NCBI GenBank assembly: GCA_047517405.1
Contig: JAKZSX010000302.1
Location: forward strand, 1 to 46,463
Length of the DNA: 46,463 nucleotides
Source: Candidatus Poribacteria bacterium
GTDB taxonomy: Bacteria; Poribacteria; WGA-4E; PCPOR2b
Direction: 5' to 3'
Shown: in pieces, positions 44,821 to 46,463 of the stretch
Layout: each line of letters opens with the position of its first letter
How positions within the stretch are numbered: the first letter of the stretch is position 1
Made by a program: the position numbers and the translations under genes
The notes under the pieces: generated by a model
What the model saw: the letters and a program-made list of their open reading frames with translations, nothing else
Database searches by the model: none
Told to the model about the DNA's origin: nothing

Positions 44821-46463
44821 ATGAAAACACAAAATTTACGATGGAGCATATTTCTTGGTCTACTGATTTACCTTTTCGTTCCAACTCACACAGTAGCGAA
44901 GCCCCTTAAAGGGACTGTTATCTTTACACGGGGTGGTATTGTCATTGAACTGGAAGAACGTCTCAAGAGGACCAATCAACCGGATAGATTACACCCTCTA
45001 CCAAGTTTAGTTATACACGAGGCATCCAAACCTCTGGAGGAAATTTTCCCTGCTTGGATCGATGACCAACGCGCCCTCGCAACGTATGATTGGAAACCTC
45101 AAACGCATTACCACATCGCGTTCCCATGGACTGATGGCAGTCTATTTGAGATAAGCACTACTGCGCCGCTCAAACCCCTCCCTTATCGTATCCGTACCGT
45201 CGAATTAGAATACTCATTGTCGCTGCTGGCGAACCTGCAACGTCCAGCAAAACCGACGACGATTACCTTTTCCCCCGATGGTGAACAACTCGCGATTGGA
45301 ACAAATGCCGGACATCTCGCAATCATCAACCCACTCACGGGGGATCGAATCTGGAAGACACACATCTCCGAAGGTTACGCCAAACACGCAGCCTTCAGTT
45401 CAGATGGAAAGCGTTTCTACATCGGCGAGCAATCCGCTGACGGTTTCATCTATGCCTACGACCTATCAGCCACAAAACCCACACTGTTATGGAGATATCG
45501 CATGGCAGATGACATTGACACCTCAACCTCACAGAATCCGGACGATGTGTACGCATGGGTGCAGTATCCGGGACCCTATCGGATCTCGACAACGGAGGGA
45601 GGAGATCTGCTTGTGGTCGGAAATCACTCGTGGACAAAGGATGGCGTAGGCTTAAAAAAGGCGCAACTCTACCGTTTCGATGGAGAAACAGGAACGCTCA
45701 AATGGAAATGGCCTCCCAATCAGACCCTTCCAATGACCATCAGCTGGTTCGATTATAGCCGTGACGCGAAAACAGTCGCACTGCTCACTTATATAAGGGG
45801 CAGTGGGGAGGCAGGGGGTTTCAAATCCGGCACGTTGTACGTCATCAACGGTGAGACGGGCGAAGCAGCATGGGAATATACCTTCGACCCGCTCAAGCCA
45901 TATTTCGAGGAAGTGACGTTCTGGCGCGGCGTGAGTGCCGCACCCGATGGTGGGTTCATCGATGTCACAACAGATGACGGGCGGGCATTCATTTTCAATA
46001 CGACGCCGGAGCCAGAAGGAATTAAGCCGCTGTGGAATACAAACCTCACAACACCGCTTGAAGTCAGCGGCATCCCAATTATCGCTACCAACGGAACAAT
46101 TGGTGCCACCAACGACTTCGCGCTCTTTGTTACGGGCGACACTTTTATCCCATATCACTTGCAGCAAGGCGCGCAACGGCCACCCTCCGCCCACCCAAAT
46201 GGGATGACCCTCTTTGCTTACGCATGGTCAGGAGAGAAGGTGTGGCAGTGGACGTTGGAAAGTATGCCGCAGGGTTTGCAAGTTGATGGGACCGGACGGT
46301 ATGCCGTTGTCAGCGTGTCCAAGCGCGGAGGAAACGTTGAGGAGCAGTTTCACGGCGTCTCTGTCTTTGATCTCACCGCGAAGGGAGGCGGTCTTTCTAA
46401 GTATCTCTACACTTATCGCACAGAGGGACAGCTCCCCTACGATACCATCAGCATCAGCGCGGA
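44821..46463 (+). CDS. Secreted beta-propeller-like (WD40/PQQ-like repeat) protein, 3'-partial; absent from the supplied ORF track
   Basis: ATG 44821 has GGAGG 6 nt upstream. I translated 547 codons by hand with no stop up to the window end. Signal peptide (WSIFLGLLIYLFVPTHTVA). Repeats such as 'ITFSPDGEQLAIGTNAGHLAIINPLTGDRIWK' and 'AAFSSDGKRFYIGEQSADGFIYAYDL'. Confidence 0.8.
   Translation, partial: MKTQNLRWSIFLGLLIYLFVPTHTVAKPLKGTVIFTRGGIVIELEERLKRTNQPDRLHPLPSLVIHEASKPLEEIFPAWIDDQRALATYDWKPQTHYHIAFPWTDGSLFEISTTAPLKPLPYRIRTVELEYSLSLLANLQRPAKPTTITFSPDGEQLAIGTNAGHLAIINPLTGDRIWKTHISEGYAKHAAFSSDGKRFYIGEQSADGFIYAYDLSATKPTLLWRYRMADDIDTSTSQNPDDVYAWVQYPGPYRISTTEGGDLLVVGNHSWTKDGVGLKKAQLYRFDGETGTLKWKWPPNQTLPMTISWFDYSRDAKTVALLTYIRGSGEAGGFKSGTLYVINGETGEAAWEYTFDPLKPYFEEVTFWRGVSAAPDGGFIDVTTDDGRAFIFNTTPEPEGIKPLWNTNLTTPLEVSGIPIIATNGTIGATNDFALFVTGDTFIPYHLQQGAQRPPSAHPNGMTLFAYAWSGEKVWQWTLESMPQGLQVDGTGRYAVVSVSKRGGNVEEQFHGVSVFDLTAKGGGLSKYLYTYRTEGQLPYDTISISA

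Noticed and set aside
45652-46194. 180-aa and 117-aa minus-strand ORFs (also 45183-45365)
   Set aside because: They are antisense shadows of the long plus-strand ORF starting at 44821. That ORF has an RBS, a signal peptide and repeat structure. The antisense products are Cys/Arg-rich with no motifs.
1-46463. Scan for tRNA/rRNA genes, CRISPR arrays, transposases, integrases and toxin-antitoxin pairs
   Set aside because: I found no T-loop/anticodon-arm architecture, no regularly spaced direct repeats, and no DDE, tyrosine- or serine-recombinase motifs in any frame.

Overview
This is a 46.5-kb chromosomal segment from a Gram-negative-type, probably uncultured, bacterium. GC is roughly 50% by eye. 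Content rich in TPR, PhyH, Gfo/Idh/MocA, amidohydrolase and dockerin genes is reminiscent of Poribacteria/Planctomycetes-like genomes, but the lineage cannot be assigned from sequence alone. I call about 37 protein-coding genes, and I saw no rRNA, tRNA, CRISPR array, transposase or integrase.

Main blocks, in order:
- 1-7.6 kb: a lipoprotein, then an ECF sigma / zf-HC2 anti-sigma pair followed by a 1565-aa TPR protein.
- 7.7-14 kb: a tandem Sm/Hfq-like protein, queF, small-molecule enzymes and a 2TM-RCK K+ channel.
- 14-23.2 kb: a long minus-strand cluster. It encodes a DmpA-like peptidase, an S1/P1-like zinc enzyme, DUF4416, a PhyH dioxygenase, a UxuA-like enzyme, a ConA-like protein, a Gfo/Idh/MocA oxidoreductase and a ~640-aa polytopic membrane protein. 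It sits behind a perfect sigma70 promoter.
- 23.5-25.6 kb: a visibly AT-richer type II restriction-modification pair (C5-methyltransferase plus endonuclease).
- 25.7-32.9 kb: an amidohydrolase, a TPR protein, an IscU-like/IscA pair, a SAF-domain dehydrogenase, coaE and a frameshifted Dph6-like PP-loop gene.
- 32.9-37.7 kb: a BatA/VWA - small helical protein - DUF2851 - BNR-propeller operon.
- 38-40.4 kb: a second ECF sigma / anti-sigma / HtrA-like protease module.

The most interesting region is 40.55 kb to the window end. A consensus promoter, a textbook cobalamin riboswitch and an intrinsic terminator precede three exported proteins that belong to no known B12 family. These are a YVTN beta-propeller with a dockerin, a lipobox-ectodomain protein fused to a ~7-TM domain, and a further propeller-like protein. 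The third ORF runs off the window end and is missing from the supplied ORF track. I read this as a candidate new cobalamin capture/uptake system.
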